Shown: one piece after another, positions 15,970 to 31,180 of the stretch
How the letters are laid out: each line of letters opens with the position of its first letter
How positions within the stretch are numbered: the stretch's first letter is position 1
Assembly (NCBI RefSeq): GCF_009914755.1
Contig: NC_060934.1
From: the human T2T-CHM13v2.0 reference genome, Homo sapiens
Length of the DNA stretch: 64,000 nt
Strand: one strand, 5' to 3'
Program-made: the position numbers and the translations under genes
The notes under the pieces: generated by a model
Seen by the model: only the letters and a program-made list of their open reading frames with translations
The model's database searches: none
Told to the model about the DNA's origin: nothing

Positions 15970-16300
15970 CTGGGCGCAGTGGCTCACGCCTGTAATCCCA
16001 GCACTTTGGGAGGTAAGGCGAGTGGATTACTTGAGCCCAGGAGTTTGAGACCAGCCTGGGCAACACGGCAAAACCCTATCTCTACAAAAAATACAAAAAT
16101 TAGCTGGTGTGGTGGTGTGCGCCTGTAGTCGCAGCTACTCAGGACACTGAGGTGGGAGGATCACCTGAATGGGGGCCTGGTGGTGGGGGCCGGGGGGAGG
16201 GGGCGGGGGGTCGAGGCTGCAGTGAGCCGTGATCACACCACTGCACTCCAGCCTGGGCAACATAGTGAGACCCTGTCTCAAAATAACAACAATAATAATA
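15970..16300 (+). mobile_element. Alu (J-like) with internal G-rich insertion and (AAT)n tail
   Basis: Dimeric Alu; G-tracts at ~16171-16210. Confidence 0.88.
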
Positions 16301-16319
16301 ATAGTCACACACACAGCAG

Positions 16320-17470
<1,151 letters not shown>

Positions 17471-17559
17471 TTTTTTTGCTGTAACACACCAGCCTCATGT
17501 GAATAGAACAGACAATCATTTATGTCTTTCTCTTCACTCAAAGTTTTTAAAAGAGACTT

Positions 17560-17857
17560 TAATTACTGATATAAAGTAAAACAATTACTTGTGGGTTGGC
17601 TGAGAATTGCTAGAATTAATAAATAGTTTGGAAATATTTAGTAAATTCTAATTACTTAGCAAAAGTAATTAAAATATTTATAAGCGAACACCCATAAAAC
17701 ACCACCAAGCAAATACATTACTCAATAAATGGTTTAATTAGTATTTCATTACTAGAAATTAATCTCAGTAACGAAACATTACTACAAATTACATGTAGGA
17801 CAGACAACTTATTTTACTGCTATTAATGATTTCAATTACTAAGTTTGTGCAAGCCTA
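17560..17857. other. AT-rich, ATTAC-motif-dense ancient element (MER121-like) or conserved non-coding element
   Basis: Eight ATTAC copies on + strand in ~300 bp; ends in caagccta, a possible TIR. Confidence 0.45.
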
Positions 17858-18339
17858 ATTTCTTCCTGCTTCCCCCACTCCCTCCTCCTGCTCCCACCCA
17901 GGCAAGTTCCCACACACTGGGTCTGAATTAGGATGTTTGGGGCTGGTCTGGAACTGCATTGTTGGGAATCCCTGGCACACAGATTAACATTTTCCCTTGG
18001 CTTATTTCTTGGTTGTCTTGCTGAAATACAGGTCCTGGGTGCCTCTTAATCAGCTAGAATCAAACTCCAGGGGCTGGTGGGCTTCTTACTGCAGATATAC
18101 TCTCCTCTGGAGTCTTCTAAATCACTTGGCTGCAAGGATCTATTCCTTCCCCTCTCCTGTGCCAAGGCCTTTCTGGTACTGTCTTGTATCCCTGGTCCAC
18201 CTTCCAGGCTGGGTGGGGTGGGGTGGGCCAGGCTACTATCAAGTCATCAGAGGCATTGTTATGCAGTTTAGAAAAAGGAGTCCCTTCCTCCAGACAGACG
18301 CGGTCACACACGAGGGTGGGTTTCAGCTCCCACTTGTTT

Positions 18340-18540
18340 TTTTGGTCAGGTTCCCCAAGAAACAGACTCGGGATTTGCATGCAGGAGTCTTATTGGGGAA
18401 CGCTTTCAGGAACTACCACCCCGTATGGGAGCGAGAGAAGCAGGACTGTGCAGAAGGAGAAGTTGAACAACTCCTGGAAAGCTCTGAAGCTGGGATCATC
18501 CTTCCAGAATGTCTTGGATTGAGACAAGGGGTGGGGATTG
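18340..18540 (-). mobile_element. LTR16-type ERVL LTR fragment
   Basis: caggttccccaagaaacagact...gaagcaggactg...aaggagaagttgaac. Confidence 0.65.
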
Positions 18541-20319
18541 TTATTTCAAATTGTTAACCACACAGAGATGGGTGCCATCGCTTGGCAGGTGATGGCCCAG
18601 TGACCACAGCCAAGGAGGATTTAATAGGGGATTTCATTACTAGTAACAAGTAAAGCTGACACTGGGGATAGTTCTCAAAGCAGTGCCTCCCGGTGGTGGG
18701 GCGGGGGGAGGGGGCTTGTGGGTGTGGTTTGCTCCTGGCTTTGATAGCTTTGATACACGAGTTGTCCCAATGTTCTGCTGGCACTGGGGGAAGTGTTACT
18801 TTTGGTGTTAGACTGAACCCTTGCTGGGACTTCTGCCTAGACCATAAGCTCCAGAAGGGCAGGCTCATGTCTCACGGTATCCCCAGACCTTAGCCCAGTT
18901 CACAGCTCCATTAATATTTGCTGATTGAATGTATAAGACTAAAGACAAACGGTCACTTAAATGCGTTAATGTGAACTTGATACACTTGACAAAGGGAAAT
19001 AGAGAATCTGATCTAATCTGAGGGGTCAGGGGAGGCTTCTCCAAAGAAGTGACGCTTGAGCTGAGACCCAAGGACTGGGTAAGAGTGAACCAGGCAAAAT
19101 GGGGGGAAGGAGGTACTTCCCAAGCCTCCCCTGGACAGGTGTTCAGCTTTGCCACCTCCTGTGTGTGTCTCCTGGGAGGAAACAGAACTGAGAAGGCATG
19201 CTCACTGAATGTATCCTGTTATCTGTTGCTGAAATGTATCCTTTGTCTGTATCACAGCCTTATCTTGTACAAGATTCATGTGTTGGTGAGCTCATTTCCA
19301 CCAGAACTCAGCCCAGGCTGCTGTGGGATGGAATCACCTGCACCCGGATGTTCTTTCTGGGCTGGTACATACAGGCAAGGCATCACGGCTGGAGGTGGAG
19401 GGGGCCTAACCCGGGGTTGCCCAGGAAGGGGTTTGCACATGGATTCGGTGTGTTGTGGAGGAACCGAGGGTGGAAACAGCTGGGCCACCCCACACCTAAG
19501 CCCGTATTTCCCATCTGTCCTTATCTACTCTGCGCCCAACCTTATCCCCTCTGGGCCTGTCTCTACTCCCCACTGCCCAAGGACTGTGGCCTGTACATTT
19601 CATTTCTCTTCCACACCTGTTCAGGGGGCCTCCCCTTTCTGCAGTGCCCCTCTTGATGTACAAAATCCACCCAAATCCCCTCCATGGAGCCCTGCCCAGT
19701 GACTCCAGGTCCTGCTATGCTCAGCCCTCCCTGGATTTCTGCGGCCCTAGCTGCAGATTCTTTAGGGCAGAGACTTGGTTTGTTTGAGAAATCCCATGCC
19801 TGGTGCCAGGCCTGCTCCAGAGCACAGAGGTTGGGAAAAAGCTGCAGGAGAAGTTGAGCCCTGAAAGAAAACCCAGCATGCCCACCCCTGTTACATGATG
19901 CCCTGGTGGGTGCAAGGCCTTGTGAATTGTGCGGGGGGTGACATCTGCTGGGCCTCCCATGCAGGCAGACTGTACGGGGGCCACAGGCTTGGCTTCAGCT
20001 GGTGGTGGCAGGTCTGATTGTGGAGGGGAAAGGAAGATGGAAAGTTCACATTTATCATGTCTGGGACTTTGCCTGCCTTGTCCTTAATCAGTCTATAGCT
20101 AATTAGCTGCCTCCTCAGCTTGGCAGAGCACCATTAATCACCGAAGGAGAAAGCCAGCAGCAGTGCCTTGGGGCTCAGGGGAAATCAGGCTCCTTGGGTG
20201 GGCCCTTCTTGTCTGTAGCACTGAGAGGGCCACAGGGGCTCCTCTATGAGGGTCCCTCGGGTGGCTGGGAAGGGGCCCTGGGGCCGTGTGGCGTGGCAGT
20301 TGAGATGACTGTCAGAGCA

Positions 20320-20790
20320 AAGGTATGGCATCTCCTCTTCCTACTTGCTTCAACATTCCACTTACGTTCATGGTGAAAATGTGCCTAGCCCCAGACAAGA
20401 AATTCCAGACTCCCTTGCAGCTAAGGAAGACCAGATGGCACAGCTCAGACCAATAAGGCATAAGCTGAAACCTTCAGCCTGGCTCTAGGAAGTCTTTTCC
20501 TTTCCTCACAGAAGACATTGGATGCCGCTGGTCCTGCCCCTTCTTGCCCTTTCTCCTTGCTGCCTTGAATGAAGACTTGAAGGCTGGAGTTCCTGCAGCC
20601 ATCAGCCTCTATGAAGGAAAGACCAAGAGAACTGTAGTGACACCAGCCCTGACATTGTTGCTGATAAACCAATGCCAGTAACCATTCTACCTCTAGATTT
20701 CATTATGTGAAAAGAATACATCTCTATTTGTTTAGGCCACTGTTGGCTGGGTATTCTGTTACCTGTAGCCAAAGACATTTCTAATATAGA
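20320..20790 (+). mobile_element. MLT1J/I-like MaLR LTR
   Basis: ttccagactcccttgcagcta...tttaggccactgttggctgggtattctgttacctgtagcc. Confidence 0.75.
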
Positions 20791-21395
20791 GGAAATTCTG
20801 GTTGGTGCCAGCGTCATTGCAGAGATGCCCAAGGTCCATAGAGTACTTCAGACATCCCCAAGCTTCGCCAGCCATGGGGCATGAGAGAGGCTATGGTGGT
20901 AACAGTAACCCAGTGTCACCAGCTCTGCCTCTCCAATCATGTAGCCTCTGCACGTCTTTGTCCTTTAAAGTCTTATTATCCAACCCCTTTAAGCCACCCA
21001 TGTCATGAAGAAAGTTTCAGAAAGTAGCTGGTGTGACATTGATATATCAGTGATGTTAAACTCTATGCAATGGAGTACCTGGTAAGGCAAAACTAGATTT
21101 TCTGGCAGATAAACAATGTTTCCTCTCTTAGTTGTATGACTTTGAGGTAAGTAGGAAATGCATTGCTCTGGGAAAGGGATGTGACAAGGAATGCTGTGAT
21201 GCTGAGCAGGTTTTGGTGTGCAGAGCTGGTCACAGAGGTTGGGATATTTCATAGGGGCCAGGCAGTCTCCTAGCAGGACTGAGATCAAGACCCTGACTGA
21301 TCCTTCTCTGTTGGGGTATAAGGTTACTAGAGCCCTTCTGATGAACTGAGTCAGTCTCTCTAAGACCCTCTGGCATGAAAGGGTAGAAAGGACCC

Positions 21396-21733
<338 letters not shown>

Positions 21734-22277
21734 TCACCATCAGGAAATGGGGAGTGGGAATAGGTGAGCCAAGCTGATATCAGGCTTAGATGCTTGTTAT
21801 GGGGGCTGGCGCCAGCTCAGCATGTAGCAGAGTAGAGATGATCCTGGACCCAGGCATTCCGTGCTGTGGGAACAATGGCTGCACATAGGAGTGTGAAATA
21901 AAGGAATTGTAGACTGGAGCGCACGGTAGGGCTCCACTATGCTGTGTGCATCCAGGCATCTGGAGCACAAGAGCGTCACTTGCTGGTGGATATGGAGGGG
22001 GTCAAACTGTGCGGAATCAGTGTTCATCAGTAACCTCTTGTGGCAGCTGACTGATAAGACTGTTCAGTTCTGTCTGCATCTGGCTTTCAGAAATGAGAGA
22101 TCCTGATGAAAAGAGTAAGCATCTCTTGTTCTTGGACAGTTTGGAGGAAGTGAGGTGAGGGGATGGAGATCCTGAGAGGTAGAGGTAATATAGCCCAGTG
22201 GTTAGGAGAATGGGCTCTGGAGCCAGATGGCTTCGGTTTGTGTTCCTGCTCTGCTACTTACTGGTTTACCTTGTGTA

Positions 22278-23040
22278 CAGGTCTGGCTTCACAAATGTGC
22301 AGACCTGTGCAGTCTCACAGGGCCCTGTCCTTAAATAGATCCCTATGCTTGGCTTGAAGTTTGGTGTCTTGAAAATCTTGGTAATTTTTGAACAAGGGCT
22401 CCCTCTTTTCTTTTCTCTTCTCTTCTTTTCCTTTTCTTTCTTTCCTTTCTCTCTTTCTCTATCTTTTTTCTTTTCTTTTTTTTTTTCAGGGTCTTGCTCT
22501 GTCACCCGGGACAGAGTGCAGTGCTGCAATCTTGGCTCACTGCAGCCTCAACTTCCTGCGTTCAGGCAATCCTCCTGCCTCAGCCACCACCCCCCTCCAA
22601 GTAGCTGAGACTATAGGCATGTGCCACCATGCCCAGCTAACTTTTTGTATTTTTTTGTAGAAATGGGGTTTTGACCTGTTGCCCAGGCTGGTCTCAAACT
22701 CCTGAGCTCAAGTGATCTGCCCGCCTCGGCCTCCCAAAGTACTGGGATTACAGGTGTGAGCCACCACACCCAGCAACCTCAGCCTCTTTGAGTAGCTGAG
22801 CCTACAGGCGTGCACCACCACAGTCGGCTTATTAAAAAGAATTTTTTTTTTTTTTTGTAGACACAGGGTCTCCCTATATTGCCCAGGCTGGTTTCAAACT
22901 CCTGGACTCAAGCGATCCTCCTGCCTCAGCCTCCCAAAGTGTTGGGATTGGGATTACAGGCGTTAGCTGCCGCGCCTGGCCAGGCGCCCCCATTTTCATT
23001 TTGCATTGAGCCCTGCAAATTACATAGCCAGTCGTGTCTG
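22278..23040 (+). mobile_element. MER45A-like hAT-Tip100 element inserted in a MIR (~22190-23215), containing nested antisense Alus (~22470-22981)
   Basis: caggtctggcttcac...acctgtgcagtctcacagggccc ... cattttgcattgagccctgcaaattacatagccagtc; MIR halves on either side. Confidence 0.7.
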
Positions 23041-23921
23041 GGCCAACTATTTACTTCTCTTATGCCTCTGTTTTCCTATTTCTGAAACGGATTTTTAAAA
23101 TATTATCTGCCTCGGAGAGTTGTTGTGAATATTAAATGAGTTATATACACATAAAATACTTAGAGCAGGGAATGGCATGTAGTAAGCTCCATGTAAGTGT
23201 TAGCAATTGCTATCATGCCTGTTAATTGAGGCAAGTGAGGACTCCGGCAATTAATTTGCAAAATACAGAGATGTGACTATGTTCATGTCTCCAGCTAGTG
23301 AAGCAGATCAGATCAAGTACATAGGAAAACAATGAAGGAGAGGAAAATGTGACCCCTCGACTTATTTCTCACACAAGAAGACATGCCTCATTAATCCCAC
23401 ATCCATCTGGGCCCGCAGGGCTGACGAGAGGAGAACGCGGAAGCCCGAGAAGTGTGGAGTCAAGGCCAACCTCCTGCCGGAGGGGCTGGCAGCAGAACTC
23501 AGGCATGGCTCTGAGGGGTGGCATAGGGCACCTCCTGGAAGCAGCCTGCATCCTCCCCAAGGGGCCAGCCTAGGGGGCAGGCTGTCCTTAACTCAGGCCT
23601 CATTGCCCTTCCCTGAGATGGCACTGCAGTCAAAATGGGGGGCCCAGCCCCAGCCTTCTCTCCCTCGGAGCCTGTCTCACATTTCCAGACAGAGATCAGA
23701 CAATAGGATATTGTGAAGGATGGTTTATGATGATGATTATTCTAAAAAAGCTTTTTGTTGACACCTAACATACATACACAAAAGAGGAGAAATAATAGGT
23801 TCCCACCTTAAAAGTCCTCCCAAATAATGAGATCAAGAAATAGGACATCCTGGAAGTCCCCAGCGAGCTCCCCACCCAGTTACTCCCTTCTTCCCAAATT
23901 CACCACTACCTTGCCTGTTAT

Positions 23922-24847
<926 letters not shown>

Positions 24848-24859
24848 GCCCCTATTACT

Positions 24860-25470
24860 TTTTAAAACCATTAGATTTCACTTTTCCTAATTTTTTAATT
24901 TTTAAAATTGCAAATCTATAAAATAAATTGGAAGGCTAGACTAAGATCACCTATATATTCACCTAATATACCAGTCGTTAACGTTTTGCTATATACTCTC
25001 TCTCTCTCTCTCCCTTCCTGTTTCTCTTTTTTCTCTCCCACCACTACACATTTTTTGAATCATTTGTGAGTTACTTGTAGACATTATGACACCTTATTTC
25101 TAAATATTTCACATCTCCTAAGAACAAGGGCATTTGCAAAGTGCAATTACCACACTCAAGAAATTTAACCTTGCTACAATGTAACATAAGTTTATATTCA
25201 CATCTCCCCAGTTATCCCAATAATGTTCTTTATGGATATATGTATTTTTAAAATCAATAATCCAATCTTCGGACACACTTTGCATTTAGTTGGATGTCTC
25301 TTCAGTCTTTTTTAATGTAGAACAGTTCTACATTTACAAAAAATCTTTTATGACATTGACATTTTTGAAGAGTATAGGCCAGTTTTGGGGAATGTCTTTG
25401 AGTTTGGATTTGTCTGTTTCTTCATGATTGAACTCAATTTAGACATTTTCGGCAAGAATGCCACATGAGT
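24860..25470 (-). mobile_element. L1ME-type 3' fragment
   Basis: ctcctaagaacaagggcatt...ttgcatttagttg...ttttgaagagtataggccag. Confidence 0.65.
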
Positions 25471-26321
25471 TTTAATGTTAATCTTATTTATTACTTATAA
25501 TTAATGTATTATTAATAATAGTGGCTGCAACTTATTGAGTGTCCGTCATGTGATGTGGGGATTATTGTGTCCATTTTGCAGATGAGGTAACAGAGGCAGG
25601 GAGTGGCTAAGTACTTTTCCCAAAGTCACATAGAAAGAGGACAGGCCGGGATTAGGTCTGTCTGACTCCAATGCCCATGCCCATAACCATTGCAGCCGAC
25701 TACTGTAGTGGCAATCACTACTGCCAGTGACGGCTGGTACCACTGGAAGAAGACCTGAGGCTGTGCCTGGAGGCAGGGCCTCCACTCTGTTCTCTGCAGA
25801 GTGCCAAGCTTATCCAGGGCCAAACCCAGAACCAGGGTCCAAATTGTTTATTGAACAAAAAAAATGAATGTTTGTTCTGTGGACAAAAGTTAACATGGAG
25901 TCCATGGACCAGTGTCACCAGAGTCACCCAGAAAGCCTGTCGGAAATATACATCTGTGGGCCCTGCTGCCAACCCACTGAATCTGCACCTCAGTTGGTGG
26001 GCCCTGAGGATCTAGTGAATTAGGTTTGCCTGATGATCCTGATATAGACAACATTAAGTGAAAAGAGCAAGTTTTAGAACAGTGCATACTGCATAATCAC
26101 GTATTTCTCTTTCTCCTTTTGAAGCTTATGTGGTTATATATGGATTTACAGTTTCAGGAAGGACACTAGAAAACTGTTACCAATATTCACCTCTGAGGAA
26201 TGGGGCTGGGAGCCTGGAGGGCTGGAGGAGGACTTTACCTTCTACCTTATGCATTATTAGACATGACATAAGTGATAAATTAATACATTCTTAGTGTAAA
26301 AAATTAAACATTGCAGATAAG

Positions 26322-26449
26322 TAGGGTCTATATAATTTATCACTGAAACTGAACACTTTGGGGAGTGAAAGGCAGTGCTGTTGTTAGTTTCACCAGCAAC
26401 AGAGAAAGCAGAAGCCATCCTGGGCAAACCTGGACAGGTGGTCACCGTG
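26322..26449 (-). mobile_element. MER94-like hAT-Blackjack MITE
   Basis: tagggtctatataatttatc...gagtgaaagg...cctgggcaaacctggacaggtggtcacc; Blackjack-type termini. Confidence 0.75.
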
Positions 26450-26599
26450 TGAAACCTGAAGTCCCCTTTGATCCTCCCATCTGGTTACAACCACCCCCAA
26501 TCAGAGGTAACCACTGTTATCAGCTTGATGTGTATTTTGCAGACCCTTTAAGTACAATATGTATCCATTGAAAGTGCTTTGGCCATTTCTGTTTTCCTT

Positions 26600-26891
26600 G
26601 TTTTTTTGAGACAGGTACTCTGTCGCAGGCTGGAGTGTGGTGGTATGATCATAGCTCACTGTAATCTGGAGCTCCTGGGCTCAAGCAATCCTCCTGCCTC
26701 AGCCTGCTAAGTAGCTGGGACTGTAAGCCCACACCACCAGGACTGGCTGTTTTTTTTGTTTTTCTTTTCTCTAGAGACAGGGTTTCACTATGTTGCCCAG
26801 GCTAGTCTTGAACTCCTGGCCACAAGTAATCCTCCCGCCTCAGCTTCCCAAAGTGCTAGGATTACAGGCATGAGCCACCGCGTCCAGCCTG
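26600..26891 (-). mobile_element. AluJ
   Basis: Antisense dimer. Confidence 0.88.
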
Positions 26892-27210
26892 GCACTTTTT
26901 CTTTTTACATAAATAATATCACACGTAAGGTGTCTTTTTTCACTCAGCAGTATGTCTTGGAGATTTAGCCATGTCCTGCCACATGGGGCTACTTCATTTC
27001 TTTGAGCAATGCATGCTGTATAGCATTCTACATATTCCACAGATGAGTCATCTACATCCTCTTGTGGATGGGTATTCAGGTTGTTTCCAATTCTTTGGAA
27101 TGATTAACAGTGCTAATGATCATGATGATGGGGATCTTATCTCAACAGTGGAACAACCTAGTATCCATCAGAAGTCAGCCTAATGTTAAACTATTATCAG
27201 GAGGTGGCAA

Positions 27211-27507
27211 TTTTTTTTTCTTTTTTGAGATGGAGTCTCCCCCTGTCACCAAGGGTGGAGTGCAATGGCGTGATCTTAGCTCCTGCAACCTCTGCCTCCC
27301 AGGTTCAAGCGATTCTTGTGCCTCAGCCTCCTGAGTAGCTGGGATTACAGGCATGCACCACCACACCCGGCTAATTTTTGTATTTTTAGTAGAGACGGGG
27401 TTTCACCATGTTGGCCAGGCTGGTTTCAAACTCCCGACCTTCAGTGATCTGCCCATCTCGGCCTCCCAAAGTGCTGGGATTACCGGTGTGAGTCACCATG
27501 CCCAGCC
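27211..27507 (-). mobile_element. AluS
   Basis: Antisense dimer; TSD aggaggtggca. Confidence 0.92.
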
Positions 27508-30334
27508 AGGAGGTGGCATTTTTGAGGCACAACTGAATTTATGCACATGGTCCCTCACTGGGGCTGAGGACTCTCCACTTTTCATACCCAGGGAAGATAC
27601 AGATGGGGTTCAGAAGTGGGACTCTCCCCAGCTTCACCATCAGAAGATCCTCAGAAGGTCTTTGGCCTCTCCAAATCTTTCCTGCAGTTGAGGTTTAGCA
27701 GAGGCTCCCAGGAGAGTCAACTCCTCCATTCTTACTCTTTATTCCTCATCTTCCCTTCCCTCTACTATTCATGAGCCTCTTTTACTTATCCAAGGTGGCA
27801 TTTGGATACAGTGGAAAGAGCCTGGACTTTAGAACGGGACAGACTGTTTGATTCCTAGTTCCACCACCAACTGGCTGTGTGACTTTCAGTGAATTGCTTT
27901 ACCTCTCTGGGCCTCCAGTTCTTCCCCATTTTACAAATGGGGAAATATTATCCACCTCCCAGGATTATGAGTTTATAGGTTGAATAACAGAACAGGTCAT
28001 GTGCATGCCCCTTGCCGCCACAAGGTGAGCACTCCCTAAGTGTTCATTCTAGTCCCCTTCCCTCTCTCGCCATTGCTCTGTGTGGATTAGTGCCACTCCA
28101 ATATTGAAATGCCTATGGGTGCTCCAGAGAGCAGGGATTGTCCTTCTCCCCATTTGTCACTAACCCATCTTCCCAAGCCCTGGCACAAGTTTGGGGCACA
28201 TTTGGAGCCCCCAAAAGGAGGCAGAGATGCAAAGGGGCTGCTGTAGGGGCCAGGCTTTGTCTTTATGCAGGGTCCTGGGAGGGCTACCCAGCAAAGGACA
28301 GAGAGGCAAGGCCCTGCCCTCGGATAGATCTCTGCCTCATGGGATTTTCAATCTGATAGGAGCAATAGTTCCTAACCCTGGCCTCTAGAGACCTGGTCTT
28401 TTTCCCCAGAAGATCTCCTAGCCTGTTGGGAAGGGCCTAGTCAATATCCTCTGAAGCACCTCGCCTGATGAGGGAGACTTGATTTGATATCAATTCTCAG
28501 GAAGTTTCCAGGCTGATGGAGGAAACACACTGTCATCTGGAAAGCCATCCCAAGGTTCGGTGAAGACTTCCACTTGACGTGAGCCTCTCTTCAGGCACCA
28601 CTTCCCTATGTATGAATGCGTGCTGGTCTTGGCTGGACTGAGCTGCCTGAATGCAGGCGTATTATCTTACTTTTGGGATCTCTGGTCCCAGCTTGTTGCT
28701 GGCCATCTTGAAGAATGCTTGCAGATTGGGCACATTCTCATGGCCTCCCTATTTAAAGAAGAGTCAAGGTCCTTTAATAACTCAAGGTCCTCTAATAACT
28801 CAATAACTCAAGGGCACAGACAAAGCAATTCAGAGCATGAGAGTGAGTGAGTCATCAAGGACAGCTGAGAGTACGGGATGGACCAGGAGGGGCTGCCTGG
28901 GCCTAGGGCAGAAGGACCACATGGGAGCCAGGCCTCCGCCTCCCCCAGCCACGCCTGTCTGCACTGCCTTCTGGAAACTGCTACAGTTCTGTAGGGGGTG
29001 TTCTAGAGGAGCACCCACACAACCTCTCCCCATGGGAGCTGTGTCCCGAGGGGGGGCACCTCTGTCCTCGTAGGAGGGGAGAAAACACGTCAGACCCTGA
29101 GTTGACGGGCAAGTCAAAACTGCTGGTTAAATGGCTTTAAAGTAGAGGCCATTTATAAGTTAATGAAAGAGAAAATAGGCACATTATACGTACAGATTTG
29201 TCCTTAATGAGGGGAAAAGGCATTGTTTACTGATGTTCAGTTCTAATTATCCATGCACAGGGCTAGCTTTTTTCCAGCAGTGCCGTGTGCCTCCATTTTC
29301 CCATCTTCCACCACGTTCTTTTAACCCCTTCAGTGCCCACCCAGGCTCTCACTCATCCCCCAGAGCATCAGGTTCCAGTGCTGGCTGAGCGGCCAATTCC
29401 TGGCTGACCCTGCGGAGACCTTTGACCCTGGCAGACAGCACAGCAGCTGCTTGTGTCCTCTGCTCTCCTCAGCTGAGCAGCCAGATGGAGGGCAGTGCGG
29501 CCAGGACCCTCAGGGCAGCCACCCTCGGAAGGAGGCAGAGCTCAGGGCGGGTGCCAGGGAAAACCCAACTGAGGAGGCAGGTGGAGTCTGAAGACTGCAA
29601 GCCAGGGACTCCCCAAAAAGCCAGGGCTCGGTAGAACCACCCACCAGTCCCATCCTTTGCAGTTTTTCTGAAACTGTCAAGAAGGGAGGGGCTCCCCTGG
29701 AAAAGGCAAACAGCAGGGTACCTCCCAAACGGGCAGCTCACTGAACCATTGCTAAGGTGACACCTGTCCATCCTCACTTCAGCATGAGCAAATGGGAGAT
29801 CACTCTGGGATAAACAGATAACCCCTTGCTACCCCATAAGCTCTCCTCTCACCCCAAGATCCCAGCCTGCTAGATGCTGCTTGTCCTCAGTGGAGAATAA
29901 ATAAGCAATAGATGCGAGAGTGGAACACGCATGACCACTGCTGCCAAAGTGAGCTCAGCGTTGGCTCAGCTTGGGAAATCGGCAAGGAGGAAAGGAGCTA
30001 CTTGCTGAAAGTGGGGTAGGGAAGATGGCTTGGTCAGACCCAAACCCTAATCATCCAGTGGCACATTTGAGCTGTCTTCAGGAGTCTGTGCTAGGAAGGG
30101 ATTTGGCTTTTCCTTGAACTTTCTGGGTGAACAGCAGTTCTAACTTGCTGATGCTCAGAATGCATTCTCCACTCTCCCTTGGGAAGCCCAGGAAAATGCA
30201 GCAGGTGGCTGCAAGTGGTGGTGGCAAAACCACTACCTCCATGGCCACTAGACAAGAGAACATGGGGTTACCCCACAACACAATTTTGGAGGTTTGATCA
30301 AAGAGGGAACTTCCTGGTTGATTAAAAAGGCAGT

Positions 30335-30747
30335 TGGGCAACATTATGCCAATAAACGTGAAAATTTAGACAAAATGGACAAAGTCGTAGAAAAACATAG
30401 ATTACCAAAACTGACAAAAGAATAGAAAGCCTGAATAATCCTATAACGATGAAAGAACTTGAATCTTGCTGGGCTTGGTAGGTCACGCCTATAATCCTAG
30501 CACTTTGGGAGGCTGAGGCAGGAGGATTGCTTGAGGCCAGGAGTCCAAGACCAGCCCGCACAGTATAGTAGGATCCTATCTCTACAAAATAAAAAAAAAA
30601 ATTGGCTAGGCATTGTGGCACATGCCTATAGTCCCAGTCCCAGGCTGAGGTGGGAGGATCACTTGAGCCCAGGAGGTTGAGGCAGCAGTAAGTTATGATC
30701 ATGCCAGTGCACTCCAGTCTGGGAGACAGAGCAAGACCCTGTCTCTT

Positions 30748-30779
<32 letters not shown>

Positions 30780-30825
30780 CTTGAATCTTGAATGAAAGAT
30801 CGCTGCACAGAGAATGCCAGGTTCC
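30335..30825 (+). mobile_element. Short L1 ORF2 fragment interrupted by + strand AluJ (~30469-30779)
   Basis: tatgccaataaa...aaaatttagacaaaatggacaaa...ttaccaaaactgac; TSD aacttgaatcttg. Confidence 0.8.
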
Positions 30826-30871
30826 AATAGCTGCCCTTCCTTTGTTGTTATTGGGCATCTGCTGTGCTTCA

Positions 30872-31180
30872 TTTTTGTTTTGTTTTGTTTTGTTTTTTTG
30901 AGATGGAGTCTCACTCTATCGCCCAGGCTGGAGTGCAGGGGCACGATCTCGGCTCACTGCAACCTCTGCCTCCCAGGTTCAAGCCTGCCTCAGCCTCCCA
31001 AGCAGCTGGGACTACAGGCATGTGCCACCACGCCCAGCTAACTTTTTTTTTTGTATTTTTAGTAGAGACAGGGTTCCGCCATGTTGGTCAGGTTGGTCTC
31101 AAACTCCTGACCTCAAATGATTTGCCCGCCTTGGCCCCCCAAAGTGCTGGGATTACAGGCATGAGCCACGGTGCCCAGCC
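30872..31180 (-). mobile_element. AluS
   Basis: Antisense dimer; atctgctg on both flanks. Confidence 0.92.

Noticed and set aside
17997-19702. Long ORFs of 186 aa and 217 aa
   Set aside because: Non-ATG starts, overlap LTR/L2 fragments, no recognisable domain or splice structure
21098-21152. Possible micro-exon (ttttctggcag ... gag|gtaagt)
   Set aside because: Perfect donor but weak acceptor; such motifs occur by chance and there is no further support
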